Shown here: positions 25,823 to 28,551 of the stretch, in pieces
Numbering within the stretch: position 1 is the stretch's first letter
How the letters are laid out: the number at the start of each line of letters is the position of its first letter
Assembly (NCBI GenBank): GCA_047601145.1
Contig: JASGJW010000009.1
Span: 1 to 28,551, forward strand
Source of the DNA: Hyphomonadaceae bacterium
Lineage (GTDB): Bacteria; Pseudomonadota; Alphaproteobacteria; Caulobacterales; Hyphomonadaceae
Direction of reading: 5' to 3'
DNA length: 28,551 nt
Made by a program: the position numbers and the translations under genes
Notes under the pieces: model-generated
Databases searched by the model: none
Told to the model about the DNA's origin: nothing
The model's input: only the letters and a program-made list of their open reading frames with translations

Positions 25823-25935
25823 GTTTTCGCGGAGGGCGTTGATCCGCCCTCCGCCGCCGTGATAAAAAGGGAAACCATGCGAGGGACGTTCCCTCGCATG
25901 GCGCTCCCCGCGCCGGACCCCGATGGAGGCGCGAC

Positions 25936-26331
25936 ATGCGAACCCGGCTTTCCCTGACAATCGATGACGTCCAGCCTATGATGACGGCGGCATTACAGGC
26001 TGCGCGCGACGCAGGGCGGGCGGTGAGCATCGCCATCGTGGACGATGCCGGCGTGCTGCTCGACTTCCGCAGGATGGACGGGGCGCGGCCGCACACGGTT
26101 GAGGTGAGCCAGCGCAAGGCGCGGGTTTCGGCGATGGTCGGCGTGCCAACCTCTGTCATCGAGGCGATGGCGAAGGACCGTCCGGTAGCGCCTGACATGA
26201 TGGTGGTTCAGGGCGGCATGCCGGCCATTCACCATGGCGATTGCGTTGGCGGGATTGGCGTTTCCGGCGGCAAGCCCGAGGAAGATGACGCCATCTGCAC
26301 GGCCGGACTTGGCGCCCTGAAAGGCGGCTGA
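25936..26331 (+). CDS. GlcG/HbpS-like DUF336 (heme-binding) protein
   Basis: 131 aa. [31 protein letters not shown] and GGIGVSGG are typical of the DUF336/GlcG family. GGAGG Shine-Dalgarno. Confidence 0.6.
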   Translation: MRTRLSLTIDDVQPMMTAALQAARDAGRAVSIAIVDDAGVLLDFRRMDGARPHTVEVSQRKARVSAMVGVPTSVIEAMAKDRPVAPDMMVVQGGMPAIHHGDCVGGIGVSGGKPEEDDAICTAGLGALKGG

Positions 26332-27876
<1,545 letters not shown>

Positions 27877-27903
27877 ACCGCTCGCGACTGGGGGGGGCGC
27901 GCG

Positions 27904-28392
27904 ATGATGGATCTCACCGAATACTGGGCGACGTTGGTCTCGATCGTCATCGGCCTTGGCATTGCTGACCTGTTGTTGAACCTGCTGCGGTTGATCCACG
28001 AACGTGGACGCGTCGACTGGGATGGCCTGCCGCTGATGTGGATGATCGTCGCTCTCGGGTGGATCATCAACTACTGGTGGGGGGTTGCCGCAAACCTCGA
28101 CGGATCGCGCGATGCCACGGTAGTCGGCGCATTCGGCCTTCTACTCGTTCAGCCGATCTTGCTGTTCATGATGTCCGCAAGCGTGCTGCCCCGCTCTATG
28201 CCCGCCGTCGGGCGCTTGAGCATGCGCATCGAATGGGCCGAGCTCGCGCCAGGTCTTCCTTGTCCTTTTCATCATCAACCAGATCGCGACCTGGATCAGG
28301 GTCATCGTCGTCCGCCAAGAAGTGGTCTGGGATGTCGCCTCTATCACGCGCACAGCCACCCTCGGCGTGTTGATCGCGCTGTTTTTTCCTGA
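27904..28392 (+). CDS. hypothetical multi-TM membrane protein; reading frame appears disrupted after ~28240 (possible pseudogene or sequence error)
   Basis: The first ~110 aa are clearly membrane-like (three hydrophobic helices). The remaining frame-1 translation, PGLPCPFHHQPDRDLDQGHRRPPRSG, is Arg/Pro/His-rich nonsense. The +1 frame from ~28243 reads as membrane protein (VFLVLFIINQIATWIRVIVV...ATLGVLIALFF). After a T6 run at 28383-28388 the next frame continues VEWAGVLAIFAFLSFRLATQPVQ to a stop at 28466. Confidence 0.35.
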   Translation: MMDLTEYWATLVSIVIGLGIADLLLNLLRLIHERGRVDWDGLPLMWMIVALGWIINYWWGVAANLDGSRDATVVGAFGLLLVQPILLFMMSASVLPRSMPAVGRLSMRIEWAELAPGLPCPFHHQPDRDLDQGHRRPPRSGLGCRLYHAHSHPRRVDRAVFS

Positions 28393-28551
28393 GAGATCGG
28401 CGCGTTGAATGGGCCGGCGTTCTGGCAATCTTCGCCTTCCTGTCCTTCCGCCTTGCAACGCAACCGGTTCAATAGCTCTGAGGCGCTTGTTCGGATTCGA
28501 TCGTGTTTCCCTATCAACCTTAGCAATACGTAACGAACCAAGTAACCAAAG

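Overview
The window is 28.5 kb of high-GC (roughly 65%) DNA from a Gram-negative bacterium, probably a proteobacterium. Almost all of it is coding, and no transposase, integrase, CRISPR array or rRNA was seen. Reading 5' to 3', it contains the following. (1) The N-terminus of a lipoprotein gene on the minus strand that runs off the window start, followed by a minus-strand tRNA-Thr(UGU) at 356-430 and then a 480-bp noncoding spacer of lower GC. (2) A tightly packed plus-strand six-gene module at 909-7444, joined by ATGA start/stop overlaps and 2-40 nt gaps. Its genes are a 3-TM membrane protein; a TM-less SPFH/flotillin-like coiled-coil protein ending in a Cys4 double zinc ribbon; a zinc-ribbon/FHA protein; a zinc-ribbon Hanks Ser/Thr kinase with one TM and an extracytoplasmic domain; a lipoprotein paralogous to that extracytoplasmic domain; and a signal-less papain-like (C1) cysteine peptidase. 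This is the most unusual part of the window and is my candidate for an undescribed membrane-associated phospho-signalling or defence-like system. (3) A convergent glycine-rich orphan gene at 7622-8434. (4) An ECF sigma factor co-transcribed with a large membrane Ser/Thr kinase carrying HAD instead of HRD at 8719-11697. (5) A spore-coat-U/Csu-type chaperone-usher pilus operon of pilin, chaperone, usher and a second pilin at 11940-16023, preceded by two palindromes and followed by two secreted proteins. (6) Housekeeping genes: a TylF-like SAM methyltransferase, metG, phhA (convergent), an SBBP beta-propeller secreted protein, hspQ, ppx/gppA, rlmE, a HAD hydrolase, a lipoprotein, glcG-like DUF336 and guaB. 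(7) A membrane-protein gene at the 3' end whose reading frame appears broken twice by single-nucleotide insertions. All calls come from reading the translated ORFs by eye for motifs; no database search was possible.
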